This document shows positions 19,673 through 29,914 of a DNA stretch of 64,000 nucleotides, one piece after another; position 1 is the stretch's first letter, and every line of letters starts with the position of its first letter. Both the position numbers and the translations under genes were made by a program. The stretch comes from Vulcanimicrobiota bacterium. Lineage in GTDB: Bacteria > Vulcanimicrobiota > Vulcanimicrobiia > Eremiobacterales > Eremiobacteraceae. Below the pieces are notes generated by a model that was not told the DNA's origin, did no database searches, and saw only the letters and a program-made list of their open reading frames with translations. The DNA lies in the NCBI GenBank assembly GCA_963812135.1, contig CAWETU010000005.1:96001-160000 (forward strand). The letters run 5' to 3'.

Positions 19673-21121
19673 GTGCCGCCTCGCACCTCGAGCAAGAGCG
19701 CGCTCGACTTCATCAAGAAGTCCGGCGCGAAGATCGTCGACTTCAAGTTCATCGACATCCCTGGCATGTGGCAGCACACGTCGTTGCCTGCCGACGAGGT
19801 CGACGACGGCACGTTCGAACACGGCATCGGGTTCGACGGCTCGAGCATCCGTGGATTCCAAGAGATCCAAGAGAGCGACATGGTGCTGCTGCCCGATCCG
19901 CAGAGCGCCCGCACCGACGGCTTCTGCGCCATCCCGACCGCCTCGTTCGTGTGCGATGTCTTCGATCCGCGCACGCAGGCGCTGTACGATCGCGACCCTC
20001 GCAACATCGCGAAGCGCGCGCAGGCGTACCTCAAGAAGACCGGCATCGGCGACACGGCATATTTCGGACCCGAGCTTGAGTTCTACATCTTCGACCATGT
20101 CAGCTACGACAATCTCGCCTACATGAGCGGCTACGCGGTCGACTCTGAAGAAGCGCACTGGAATTCCGGCAACAACGAAGAGCCGAATCTGGGCTACACG
20201 TTGCGCCCGAAAGAAGGCTACTTCCCGGTCCAACCCTCCGACAAACACATGGACATCCGCTCGGAGATGGTGTTGACCCTCAAGGAGTGGGGCGTGCCGG
20301 TCGAGATGCACCATCACGAAGTGGCGACCGGCGGCCAGACCGAGATCGACATACGCTACAACACGCTGCTCCAGCAATCCGACAATGTGATGGTCTACAA
20401 ATACGTGACGCGCAACGTCGCCCGGCGCCACGGCAAGACGGTCACGTTCATGCCGAAGCCGCTGTTCGGCGACAACGGCTCGGGCATGCACGTCCACCAA
20501 AGCATCTGGAAGGCCGGCAAGAACCTCTTCTACGATGAGAAGGGCTACGCCGAAGTCTCCAAGCTCGCGCTGTACTACATCGGCGGGCTGCTGACGCACA
20601 TCGATTCGCTGCTCGCGCTGTGCGCGCCGACGACCAACTCGTACAAACGGCTCGTGCCGCACTACGAGGCGCCGGTCAACGTCGCGTTCTCGATGGGAAA
20701 CCGCTCCGCCGCGGTGCGCATCCCGATCTTCTTCAAAGGCCCGCGCTTCTCGAAGTCCAAACGCATCGAGTTCCGGCCGCCCGACCCGACCGCGAATCCC
20801 TACCTCGCGTTCTCCGCGATGCTCATGGCGGGCCTCGACGGCATCAAGCGCAAGATCGATCCGACCAAGGCGGGCTTCGGCCCGCTCGATAAGAACATCT
20901 ACGAGCTGCCGAAATCGGAAGCACGCCGCATCAAATCGGTTCCCGGCAGCCTCGACGCGACGCTCGACGCGCTCGAGCGCGACCACGACTTCATGCTCGA
21001 AGGCGGCGTGTTCTCAGAGGATCTGATCAAGACGTGGATCGAGTACAAGCGCGTCAAAGAAGTCCAAGAAGTCCGCATCAGGCCGACGCCATATGAATTC
21101 TACCTCTACTACGACCTATGA
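19673..21121 (+). CDS. glnA: Glutamine synthetase type I
   Basis: FDGSSIRG, FGPELEF, HHHEVATGGQ, FMPKPLFGDNGSGMHVHQS, NSYKRLVP, RIEFRPPD; AAGGAGG RBS. Confidence 0.98.
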   Translation: MPPRTSSKSALDFIKKSGAKIVDFKFIDIPGMWQHTSLPADEVDDGTFEHGIGFDGSSIRGFQEIQESDMVLLPDPQSARTDGFCAIPTASFVCDVFDPRTQALYDRDPRNIAKRAQAYLKKTGIGDTAYFGPELEFYIFDHVSYDNLAYMSGYAVDSEEAHWNSGNNEEPNLGYTLRPKEGYFPVQPSDKHMDIRSEMVLTLKEWGVPVEMHHHEVATGGQTEIDIRYNTLLQQSDNVMVYKYVTRNVARRHGKTVTFMPKPLFGDNGSGMHVHQSIWKAGKNLFYDEKGYAEVSKLALYYIGGLLTHIDSLLALCAPTTNSYKRLVPHYEAPVNVAFSMGNRSAAVRIPIFFKGPRFSKSKRIEFRPPDPTANPYLAFSAMLMAGLDGIKRKIDPTKAGFGPLDKNIYELPKSEARRIKSVPGSLDATLDALERDHDFMLEGGVFSEDLIKTWIEYKRVKEVQEVRIRPTPYEFYLYYDL

Positions 21122-21588
21122 TGTAGGTCCCGGGCAAGAACCGGTCACGTTTCGGCGCGCGCGCGCCGATGACCGCGCTCCGGTGATCGAGCTCGTCTTC
21201 GACACGCTGCGCTCGTTCGACATCGAGCCCGACCCGCGGGGCTTGGATGCGGACGTGATGGAGTTCGGCGTCGCCGATCCGGCGATGGCCGAGTTCGTGG
21301 CGGAGACGGGCGGCGCAGTCGTCGGTTCGATCGCGCTGCGCGACCGTCGGCGACGGCACCGGCCACATCTCGAAGTTCTTCGTCCGCGAGGCGGTTCGGG
21401 GGCGGGGCATCGGACGCGTCTTGCTCGAGCTCTCGGTCGAAGAAGCCCGCGCTCGCGGGCTGCGCCGGCTCGACCTGTCGACGCGTTCCCAGTTCCATGC
21501 CGCCGTGCACCTCTACGAGTCCACCGGCTGGAAGCGCGGGCCCGATCCAACCGAGGCCTGCGACCGGACGTACGAGCTGGAGCTCTAA
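21093..21588 (+). CDS. GNAT N-acetyltransferase; frameshift near 21347, start uncertain
   Basis: ...VVGSIALRD continues in another frame as GDGTGHISKFFVREAVRGRGIGRVLL...AVHLYESTGW, ending at TAA 21588. Confidence 0.75.
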
Positions 21589-21624
21589 AGGGCGCTTCGT
21601 CGGTCGCGTTCAAGCTGAGGCGTG

Positions 21625-21729
21625 ATGGATAAACCGCCGAAATTGTGGCGCCTGCTGCTGCTGCTCGCCCTCGCCATCGTCGCCATCTACTGGCTGCACC
21701 ACTATGCCGTGCTCAACGGTGCGCGTTGA
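21625..21729 (+). CDS. Small single-TM membrane protein, 34 aa (absent from ORF track)
   Basis: MDKPPKLWRLLLLLALAIVAIYWLHHYAVLNGAR; GAGG upstream; its TGA overlaps the TTG start of the phosphomannomutase gene. Confidence 0.6.
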   Translation: MDKPPKLWRLLLLLALAIVAIYWLHHYAVLNGAR

Positions 21730-23062
21730 ATCCGGACATCTTCAAGAGCTACGACATCCGCGGCATCTACCCCACCGAGCTCAACGAACGAGATCGCGCA
21801 GCGCATCGGGCGCGCGTTCGTCGAGTTCATGCATCCGCGCGCGGTCGCGGTCGGACGCGACATGCGCCTTTCGTCGTTGCCCCTCTTCCAAGCGTTCGCC
21901 GAGGGGGTCATGCTGCAAGGCGCCGATGTGATCGACCTCGGGCTGACCTCGACCGACGAGCTGTATTTCGCCGTCGGTCATTTCGGCTATCCTGCGGGCA
22001 CGATGATCACCGCCTCGCACAACCCCAAGGATTATAACGGCTTTAAGTTGTGCCGCGAAAACGCGATACCGTTGTCGAGCGAGACAGGCGTCTTCGCGAT
22101 CCGCGATCTCGCGCTGGCGGATGCGTTCGTGCCCGCGCCTAAGCGCGGCACGATGGCGGCCCAGGATCCGCTGCCCGCCTTCGTCGAGCATTGTTTGTCG
22201 TTCATCGACGTGAATGCGATCAAACCGCTCAAGATCGTCGTCGATGCCGGCAATGGCATGGCCGGACTCATCGTGCCAGAGATCTTCAAGCGCCTTCCGG
22301 TCCAGCTCATCCCGCTCTACTTCGAGCTGGACGGCTCGTTTCCGAACCATCCCGCAAGTCCGATCGAGCCCGAGAACATGGTGGCGCTGCAAAGCGCGGT
22401 GGTGAAACACGGCGCGGATCTTGGCGCCGCGTTCGACGGCGACGCCGATCGCGTCTTCATCACCGACGAGCGCGGCACGCTGGTCGGCGGTGACATGGTC
22501 ACGGCACTGGTCGCGAAGAACCTGCTGCGCGGCAAGCCCGGCGCGAAGATCCTCTACAATCTGATCTCCTCGCGCAGCGTGCCCGAGGTGATCATCGCGA
22601 ACGGCGGTGTGCCGATCCGCACCCGCGTCGGCCACTCGTATATCAAAGCGATCATGCGCGACGAAAATGCGATCTTCGGCGGCGAGCACTCGGGACATTT
22701 CTATTTCCGCGACAACTACTTCGCGGATTCCGGCTCTGATCGCGCTGCTCGTCGTGCTCGAATTGCTGTCGGTCGAGGGTAAGCGCGTCAGCGAGCTGTT
22801 GCGGCCGCTCGACACGCGCGTGCGCAGCGGCGAGATCAACTCACACGTGCGCGATGCAGGCGCGAAGATGGCCGCGTTGGAGCAGATCTACTCCGACGCG
22901 ACGATCGACCACCTCGACGGTCTGACGATCCAGTATCCGGATTGGTGGGCCAACGTGCGGCCCTCGAACACCGAGCCGCTGTTGCGACTCAACGTCGAAG
23001 CGAACGATCCCGCGACGCTCGCCGCCAAGTGCGACGCGCTGTTGTCGATCATCCGGAACTAG
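21726..23062 (+). CDS. Phosphomannomutase/phosphoglucomutase; frameshifts near 21789 and 22736
   Basis: IFKSYDIRG, TASHNP, FDGDADR, GGEHSGHFYF, RPSNTEPLLRLNVE distributed over three frames. Confidence 0.9.
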
Positions 23063-23070
23063 CGGCGTCC

Positions 23071-24294
23071 GTGTCGGGGTTCGGGCGCTACCGCACGCTC
23101 CTCTCCAACCGCGGGGTCGTGCTGCTGGTGAGCGCGCAGATATTCGCGCGCGTCGGCGAGCAGTTCGTCGTCATCGGCTTGTTATGGGAAGCGCTCGACC
23201 TGACGCACAGCTCGGCGGCGGCCGGCATCATGCTCGGCGCCTATACCGGCGGCGTCATCGTCGCGGGTTTTTTCGCCGCGTCGCTGCTCGATCGTTATCC
23301 GCGCAAGCCGCTCATGCTCGCCGACAACGCCATTCGCGTCGTGTGCATGGGCGCGCTCGCGTGGGCCGGCATCGCGCACGCGCTGAACATCTGGGTGCTC
23401 GTCATCTTGGCGTGCATCGCGGCGATGGCGAGCGCGATCACGATCGTGGGTACCCGCGTGTATCTGCCGACGATGGTCCCCGGAGAACTGGTCGTCACCG
23501 CGTTCGCGGTCGATTCGTCGCTCTACCATATCGCCGGCATCGCTGGTCCGGCGCTCGCAGGTCTCGTGACAGGTCGCTTCGGCGCGAGCTATTCGCTGGC
23601 CGTCGCCGCGCTTTGCTTTTTACTGTTCGTGGCGATCGCAGCGTTCATCCCCACTGGCGCCATCGATGCGGGCATCCCGCCACAGGCGCGCGAGATCTCG
23701 CTCTCCGAAGAGCTCGGCGGGGCACGCTACATCATCAACCAGCCCGTGCTGCGCGCGGTCACGCTGCTCGTCGTGGTCTGCAACTTCTTCTTCACCGTAG
23801 GGATCGTCGCGCTCGCATTCCTGAGCAAGGACGCGTTCAACGCGGGGCCGCTCGGCCAAGGGATCATGCTCGCCGCGTTGGCGGTCGGTGCGCTCATCTC
23901 TAGCCTCGCGATCGGCAGCGGACGCTGGCCGTATCCGCGAGGCGCATCGCTCATCGCATCGAGCGTATTGCTGGGCATCTTGCTCGCCGTGCTCGGGCTG
24001 GCGCCCTCGCTGCCGGTGGCGTGCGTCATCCTTTTCGTCACCGGTCTCGTCGATGCGGCGTTCTTCGTCTGGATGTCCGAGCTACGCCAGCGGATCCCGC
24101 CTCCCGAGCTGCTTGCACGGACGATCAGCGCCTCGATGATCCTCAACGTGATCTCGTTTCCGTTCGCCAGCGCGGCGGCCGGATTCGCCGTCAGCGCGAT
24201 AAATGCGCGCCGCACGTTTGAGGTGGCCGGCGTCCTCATGGCGCTGTACTCCCTGCTGTTCGTCAGGAATAAGGCGCTGCGGACCGCCCCATAG
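23071..24294 (+). CDS. MFS transporter
   Basis: About 12 hydrophobic segments, LLDRYPRK motif A; GTG start at 23071. Confidence 0.88.
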   Translation: MSGFGRYRTLLSNRGVVLLVSAQIFARVGEQFVVIGLLWEALDLTHSSAAAGIMLGAYTGGVIVAGFFAASLLDRYPRKPLMLADNAIRVVCMGALAWAGIAHALNIWVLVILACIAAMASAITIVGTRVYLPTMVPGELVVTAFAVDSSLYHIAGIAGPALAGLVTGRFGASYSLAVAALCFLLFVAIAAFIPTGAIDAGIPPQAREISLSEELGGARYIINQPVLRAVTLLVVVCNFFFTVGIVALAFLSKDAFNAGPLGQGIMLAALAVGALISSLAIGSGRWPYPRGASLIASSVLLGILLAVLGLAPSLPVACVILFVTGLVDAAFFVWMSELRQRIPPPELLARTISASMILNVISFPFASAAAGFAVSAINARRTFEVAGVLMALYSLLFVRNKALRTAP

Positions 24295-24333
24295 GGCGCG
24301 GAATCGGCGACTCGATCGCCAAAGTCTGGGGCT

Positions 24334-25449
24334 ATGGACGGACGGACGCTCGGCCATGCATTGCTGGCGATCGGCGACGGCACGTCGCATCAGGGCTCGA
24401 TCCGCATCGAAAACGGCTTGATCGCGCGCCTTGACGACGGCCCGCATCATCTCGACTATGAGTTGCCGTTCGGCAGCACCATCACGCCTGGGTTGATCGA
24501 CCTGCACGTCAATGGCGCGGCCGGTCATTGGTTCAACCGCCACCCGCTCGAAGCGATGCGCACGCTGTCGACCAGCGGCCTGCGCTGCGGGCTTACCGCG
24601 TACTTGCCGACGATCATCACCGGCCCGTGGGATCAGATGCTGCGCGCGGCGTCTGAGATCTATCGCCACATGGAGCTACCGTCCGACGGCGCCCGCGCGA
24701 TCGGCGTGCATTTCGAAGGGCCGTTCCTCAACCCGGAGTACCGCCGCTTCCATCCGCTGGAGCATCTCTTGATGCCCACGCCTGCAAGGATCGAGGCGCT
24801 GCTCCGAGCGTGGACCGGCGGCCGCTGCCGCGTGACGATGGCGCCGGAGCTGCCCGAGGCTGCGCGCGCTGCCGCCGAACTGAGCAGACGCGGCGTCATC
24901 CTCTCGGCCGGACATACCGCGGCGACCTTCGCCGAAGGTCTGGAAGCGATCGACGCCGGCTACCGCATCCTGACGCACTCCTTCAATGCGATGCCCGGCC
25001 TGCATCATCGCGCTTCTTCTATCTTAGTGGCGTACATGCTCGACCCAGCCGCGTTCTGTGAGGTCATCGCTGACGGCGCACACGTATCGCCCGAACACGT
25101 CGCGCTGCTCTATCGCCTGAAAGGGCTCAACCTCGTGCTGGCCACCGACGCGATGCCGTTGACGGAAGGACTCGTCGAGGATGGCGGCGTCGTGCGCGAT
25201 CTCGACGGCGTGATCGCCGGCAGCAACCTGCGGCCCGACGAGGCGGTGCGCAATCTCATGCGCGCGACGGGCGTGTCGCTGGCTGAAGCCGTCGTGTCTG
25301 CGACGTGGGCGCCGGCCCGCGCGATCGGTTTGGATTCGGAGATCGGAATGCTGCGCGAAGGGCTGCGCGCGGACCTGACGGTGTGGGATCGCCACAACCG
25401 CATTTCTCACGTCTTCGTCGGCGGCAAGCAAGTCTACACGAACGACTGA
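24334..25449 (+). CDS. nagA: N-acetylglucosamine-6-phosphate deacetylase
   Basis: PGLIDLHVNG, HFEGPFL, TMAPE, AGHT, THSFNAM, ADGAHV, TDAM. Confidence 0.9.
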   Translation: MDGRTLGHALLAIGDGTSHQGSIRIENGLIARLDDGPHHLDYELPFGSTITPGLIDLHVNGAAGHWFNRHPLEAMRTLSTSGLRCGLTAYLPTIITGPWDQMLRAASEIYRHMELPSDGARAIGVHFEGPFLNPEYRRFHPLEHLLMPTPARIEALLRAWTGGRCRVTMAPELPEAARAAAELSRRGVILSAGHTAATFAEGLEAIDAGYRILTHSFNAMPGLHHRASSILVAYMLDPAAFCEVIADGAHVSPEHVALLYRLKGLNLVLATDAMPLTEGLVEDGGVVRDLDGVIAGSNLRPDEAVRNLMRATGVSLAEAVVSATWAPARAIGLDSEIGMLREGLRADLTVWDRHNRISHVFVGGKQVYTND

Positions 25450-25467
25450 GCCTGCCGCACTTCGCTT

Positions 25468-26502
25468 CTAGAGCGCGACGATTTCGCCGACGACGGTACC
25501 TGCATAGTTCTTGATCTTCGGATCCGCGTGGCGGGCGAGCGCAGCCGCCTGCGCGCGGCTGAGGACGTCATGCTGTACGAGCGTCTTCGTGACGAACGGG
25601 GCGATCGCGCGATAATTCCCGTCAGCGACCTTGACGGTCATGCCGAGCCGCTGTACGAGCGCCGCGGTCGCATGATAACCCTCCGCGCCGCCCTTGCACG
25701 CGATCGCGCCAGCACCGGCGGTCATGAGATCGGTATCGAAGCGCCCGGTCCCGGCAACGTATTGCGGAAACGCGGTCATGGCGCCGACGACTCGACGGAT
25801 GGGCTCGCGCCACGCCGCGGGAAAACGTTCGGGCTCGGAAAAGCGCGCGAAGCACACCGCTGCGGCGCGCATCGGCACGCCGATCACCGGAATGCCGCAG
25901 CCGTCGACGCCGACCACCATCGAATCCGGTGCGACGCCGAGCAACGCAGCGCATCCCATGAGGATCTCGACTTGCGCCGGATGATCGGCTGCGAGGTATC
26001 CTTCGGGCGCCGCGCCGCGGAAGACGGCGAGCGCCAAGATCGCCGCGTGCTTGCCCGAACAGTTATTGTGGATCGCGCTCGGCGTTTCGCCCGCGGCCGC
26101 GAGCGCTTTCGCGGACGGCTCGTGCAGGGGTGGGTGCGGTCCGCATGCGAGCGCGCGTTCGGAGAGTCCGATCTTAGCGAGCATGCTGCGTACGGCCGCG
26201 ACGTGGTACGCTTCTCCGCTGTGCGAACCCGCCGCCACGGCGAGTTCTTGGTCGGTGAACCCGAAATGGTCTGCCGCGCCGGACCCCACGACCGCCGCGC
26301 AGATCAGCGGCTTCGCTGACGAGCGCATGAACGCCGGCCCATCGATGTCGCCGACCGACGACACGATCGCGCCATCCGGCCGCGCGAGCGCGTGGCGGAG
26401 GAAGTGCTCGCTTTCGACGATGCCGGCGCGCGTGACGACGACAGCGGGAGCACTGCCGGTATCGAACGGCGTCAGATGGTGATGCGCGTCGCTCAAGGCC
26501 AC
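25468..26502 (-). CDS. L-asparaginase II (Rhizobium etli type)
   Basis: RSSAKP, SHSGE, HNNCSGKH, DGCGIP, KGGAEG; likely start GTG 26502 or TTG 26496. Confidence 0.85.
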   Translation of the reverse strand: MALSDAHHHLTPFDTGSAPAVVVTRAGIVESEHFLRHALARPDGAIVSSVGDIDGPAFMRSSAKPLICAAVVGSGAADHFGFTDQELAVAAGSHSGEAYHVAAVRSMLAKIGLSERALACGPHPPLHEPSAKALAAAGETPSAIHNNCSGKHAAILALAVFRGAAPEGYLAADHPAQVEILMGCAALLGVAPDSMVVGVDGCGIPVIGVPMRAAAVCFARFSEPERFPAAWREPIRRVVGAMTAFPQYVAGTGRFDTDLMTAGAGAIACKGGAEGYHATAALVQRLGMTVKVADGNYRAIAPFVTKTLVQHDVLSRAQAAALARHADPKIKNYAGTVVGEIVAL

Positions 26503-26583
26503 CGCTCGTTCGCAGCGCGTCCGCGCAAAGCCTCGATGCGCCGCAAAGGTCGCACCTACTGCGTCCAAGAAACCACGGGCGCC

Positions 26584-27633
26584 ATGTCGTGGGAACCGGT
26601 GAATCCGCCCGCGGCGGCGCCTTCTGGGGCCGCCGCCTTTCGCCCGTTGAGCATCGGCGAGCTCTTCGACCGCGCGTTTTCGATCTATTTCCGCCACATG
26701 TTGACGTTCGCCGCCGTCTTGTTCGTGGCGACCGTGCCGTATGCGCTCATCGCGTTGCTGCAGATCTACATGCAGCGCGACGTACTCGACGCGTACACCT
26801 CCCTGCTCGACGGATTCATCAAGCATCCGGGCACGCCGCCCGACCTGTCCAAGATCGCCAGCGCGGCCTCGGCGCAAGATCCGATGACGATGGTCTATGC
26901 GTATCTGCTGGCGGGCTTGGGGTACATCGTCATCTTGTTCGTCCTCCCGCTCGCGAATGCGGCGGTCGTGTCAGGCGTGTCGCGAGCGTATCTCGGGTTG
27001 CCGGTGCGTTTTCGCCAGTGCTACGAAGACGCGTTCAAACGCTGGGGCTACGTCTTGCTGCTCACGCTGGTGTGGCTCGGCGTGCTGATACCGGTGATGT
27101 TCGTCGCGTTTTTCGTGTTCATCATACTGGTGCTCGTGATCGCCGCTTTCGCAGGTGCGCTCGGCACGGCCGGCGCCATCATCGGATCGATCATCGGCAT
27201 CGCGTGCTTCTTCGCGTTCTTCGTGGTGATCGTCATGGGATACATGGCTTTCGCCTCGTCGTTCATCGCGTGCGTGCTCGAGAAGGCGGACCCGATCCGG
27301 GCGTTCGTGCTCGGCATCACGCGCATCTTCGGCGAGGGCATGTTCTGGCGCTCGCTACTGGTGGCGCTCTCGATCGCGTGCGTCTACGTCGGCTATGTCC
27401 TCGTGGCGGCCATCCTCGCGGTCCTCGTGTTGTACCTCACGAAATCGTTCTACTTGTACTTCGCCGTCGCCCAGCTCATGAATCTCTTCTACGTCGCGTT
27501 CGCGTTCGTCATCGTCTCGATCTACTATTACGATACGCGCATCCGCCGCGAAGGCTTCGATATCCAGATGCTCGCGGATCAGCTCGCCGCCACGAAGACA
27601 GACAAGGCGACCCCGCCGGCGGCCACGACGTGA
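26584..27633 (+). CDS. Integral membrane protein (GPDPase-membrane-domain-like) of the MoxR cluster
   Basis: RPLSIGELFDRAF N-terminus and YYDTRIRREGFDI C-terminus. Confidence 0.85.
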   Translation: MSWEPVNPPAAAPSGAAAFRPLSIGELFDRAFSIYFRHMLTFAAVLFVATVPYALIALLQIYMQRDVLDAYTSLLDGFIKHPGTPPDLSKIASAASAQDPMTMVYAYLLAGLGYIVILFVLPLANAAVVSGVSRAYLGLPVRFRQCYEDAFKRWGYVLLLTLVWLGVLIPVMFVAFFVFIILVLVIAAFAGALGTAGAIIGSIIGIACFFAFFVVIVMGYMAFASSFIACVLEKADPIRAFVLGITRIFGEGMFWRSLLVALSIACVYVGYVLVAAILAVLVLYLTKSFYLYFAVAQLMNLFYVAFAFVIVSIYYYDTRIRREGFDIQMLADQLAATKTDKATPPAATT

Positions 27634-28682
27634 ACCGCGCCGGCGCGCCGGTCCGCGCCAGCATCATCGCCGGCTGCACGGTATTCGCGTTCGTTTTCGC
27701 GGCGGCCGGTCAAGCGCGCGCGGATGACGGTCGAATAAATTCGACCGCTACGTACGCTGGAGAGCTCGCAACGGCGGCGAAGACGCTCGACGACGCCGCT
27801 AACGGACAACGCGCCGGTGCACCAGTGCCCACGCTGCACGTGCCGCCGGCGCCTTTGCCGGGGCCGCCCCGTTTCTCGCCGTCGCTCGACGGCTGGCTGC
27901 AACAGAACCTCACCACCGCACGGGAAGAAAAGGATGCGACGCGGCGCGCGAAGCTGCTGCGCGACACCGCGACGTCGCTGCGCTTGGCCGCGCACGACGC
28001 GGCGGCGCCGCCTGCCGGCGATCCAACGCATGCGCTCGGGTCCACGCTCGCCGCGATCCTCGCGCAGCCGGCGTATCACGAAGCCGAGTCGTCCACCGAG
28101 GCCGCACCGCACAAGACGTGGTGGGACCGCTTTATCGAATGGCTCGCCGGTCTGTTCGAGAATCTCTTCGAAGGCGTGTTCAAGGTGACGGCCGGCGTGC
28201 CGCTGCTCGGCCAGATCATCGTCGGGATCACGATCGCGGTCTTCGCGTTGCTCGTCGTGTTCATCGCTTACCGCCTGGCAAAACACCTGATCCGCACGCG
28301 CCAGGCGCGGCAAGATTCCGATGTCGGCGATCTGCTGGAGCAACGCGCGGAATCAGACGAGCTGTTGAGGCGTGCGCGCGCAGCTGCGGCCAGCGGCGAG
28401 TATGCGCTCGCGATCTCGCTCGCGTTCCGCGCGGCGTTGCGCCGGCTTGACGCCGGCGGCGTGATCGCCTACGATTCGGCGCGCACCGCGGGCGAGTATC
28501 GGCGAGCCGTACGGCGCACCTGCGCCCCCGCTGCGCAGCCGTTCGACGAGCTGGCGCACACGTTCACGCTCGCGACGTACGCCGAAGCTCCGGTCGAGGA
28601 GCGCGACTGGCAGACCGTCGACGACGCCTATGGCCGCTTCGATCCGGCGGTGCCGAAGCGCGGCGTGGGAACACCGGTATGA
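27630..28682 (+). CDS. DUF4129 domain membrane protein
   Basis: GTG overlapping the upstream stop; C-terminal AAASGEYALAI...ARTAGEY...F...Y. Confidence 0.8.
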   Translation: MNRAGAPVRASIIAGCTVFAFVFAAAGQARADDGRINSTATYAGELATAAKTLDDAANGQRAGAPVPTLHVPPAPLPGPPRFSPSLDGWLQQNLTTAREEKDATRRAKLLRDTATSLRLAAHDAAAPPAGDPTHALGSTLAAILAQPAYHEAESSTEAAPHKTWWDRFIEWLAGLFENLFEGVFKVTAGVPLLGQIIVGITIAVFALLVVFIAYRLAKHLIRTRQARQDSDVGDLLEQRAESDELLRRARAAAASGEYALAISLAFRAALRRLDAGGVIAYDSARTAGEYRRAVRRTCAPAAQPFDELAHTFTLATYAEAPVEERDWQTVDDAYGRFDPAVPKRGVGTPV

Positions 28683-29914
28683 ACGCCCGCCAGTTTCCTT
28701 GGACCGAGGTCATCGTGCTCGCGCTCGCCGCGAGTCTGGTCATGGTCTTGATGTACGTGGGCTACAAACGGCAGCTGGCGACGGCACCGCGCTACGACAC
28801 ATTCTCGTCGTTCGACGCCCATTCAGGCGGCTACCGTGCGTGGTTCGAACTGCTGAGCCGCGAGGGCACGCGCGTCGTGCGCTTCCAGCAGCGGCCTGCG
28901 TTCCTCGACGCGTCGATCGGCACGCTTATCGCATCCCCGAGCTACCGCGAACTCTTGCTGCGGATGGAGCGCACAAAAGACGAGACCGGCCGGCTGCAGG
29001 ACATCGATTTTGATAACCTGCGCACTTGGGTGCAGAACGGCGGACGCCTGATCTGGGTGACGGACCACACGTGGGATGCCAACCTCGGCGTTGTGACCAG
29101 TGCGAATCCGAGTCAGGAGGGCGACGCGGCGGTCACGGTCGCGATCGCGCCCGAGACGAATGGCGTGAATGCCGTCGCCGGCGTCGACAAGTTGCGAGTG
29201 CCGTTCAGTTCCCGCTTCTACACGCCGCTCATCGCCGACAGCGGCGGCGCGGTCGTCGCCAAACGACGTCTCGGCAAGGGCACGATCATCGTCATCACCG
29301 ATCAGAGCCTGTTCGTCAACAAGCGGCTCCTCAACGCGGACAACGCTCGCCTTGCGTACGACCTCGCGGGCGGCGGATCGCACGGCACCGTCGCGTTCGA
29401 CGAGTACCTGCACGGCTATGCGGCGGGCTCGTCGTGGTGGACCATCCTGCCGGCGCCCGTGCGTGCCGCGGTGATCATCGCAGGCGCGGGGCTGCTGCTG
29501 CTGTTGCTCGGCGTGACGTTCCGCTTCGGACCGACCGCGCGGCTGCCGGACACCAGCGAGCGGACGTCGGCGGAATATCTCTCGTCGATGGCGCATCTGC
29601 TGGCCCGTGGCGGCGCCGCGCGCAAGGCCCTGCGCGATCTGGTCGACGTGACGCTGCACGAAGTCGCCGGCGGACTCGGCCTCTCGGAGCGCGCATCGAT
29701 CGACGACATCGTCGCGCGGTTGCGGTTCGGCGACAGCGGCGAGGAACGGGCCGCCCAGATGCAAGAGCTCAAAGCGTTGCGCGCGCTCGCGCAGCCGACC
29801 GACAAGGACCTCCTGCGCGCGGCACAGCTGTGCGCGACGTTACGAAAGGAATACTCGCGATATGGCCGCATCGGCTTCGGTCGTCGCGCAGCGCCTATCC
29901 GGCGGACTGCGTAA
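28679..29914 (+). CDS. DUF4350 domain protein
   Basis: SSFDAHSGGYRAW, WVQNGGRL, GKGTII, LFVN...DNARLA, VAFDEYLHG. Confidence 0.85.
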   Translation: MNARQFPWTEVIVLALAASLVMVLMYVGYKRQLATAPRYDTFSSFDAHSGGYRAWFELLSREGTRVVRFQQRPAFLDASIGTLIASPSYRELLLRMERTKDETGRLQDIDFDNLRTWVQNGGRLIWVTDHTWDANLGVVTSANPSQEGDAAVTVAIAPETNGVNAVAGVDKLRVPFSSRFYTPLIADSGGAVVAKRRLGKGTIIVITDQSLFVNKRLLNADNARLAYDLAGGGSHGTVAFDEYLHGYAAGSSWWTILPAPVRAAVIIAGAGLLLLLLGVTFRFGPTARLPDTSERTSAEYLSSMAHLLARGGAARKALRDLVDVTLHEVAGGLGLSERASIDDIVARLRFGDSGEERAAQMQELKALRALAQPTDKDLLRAAQLCATLRKEYSRYGRIGFGRRAAPIRRTA

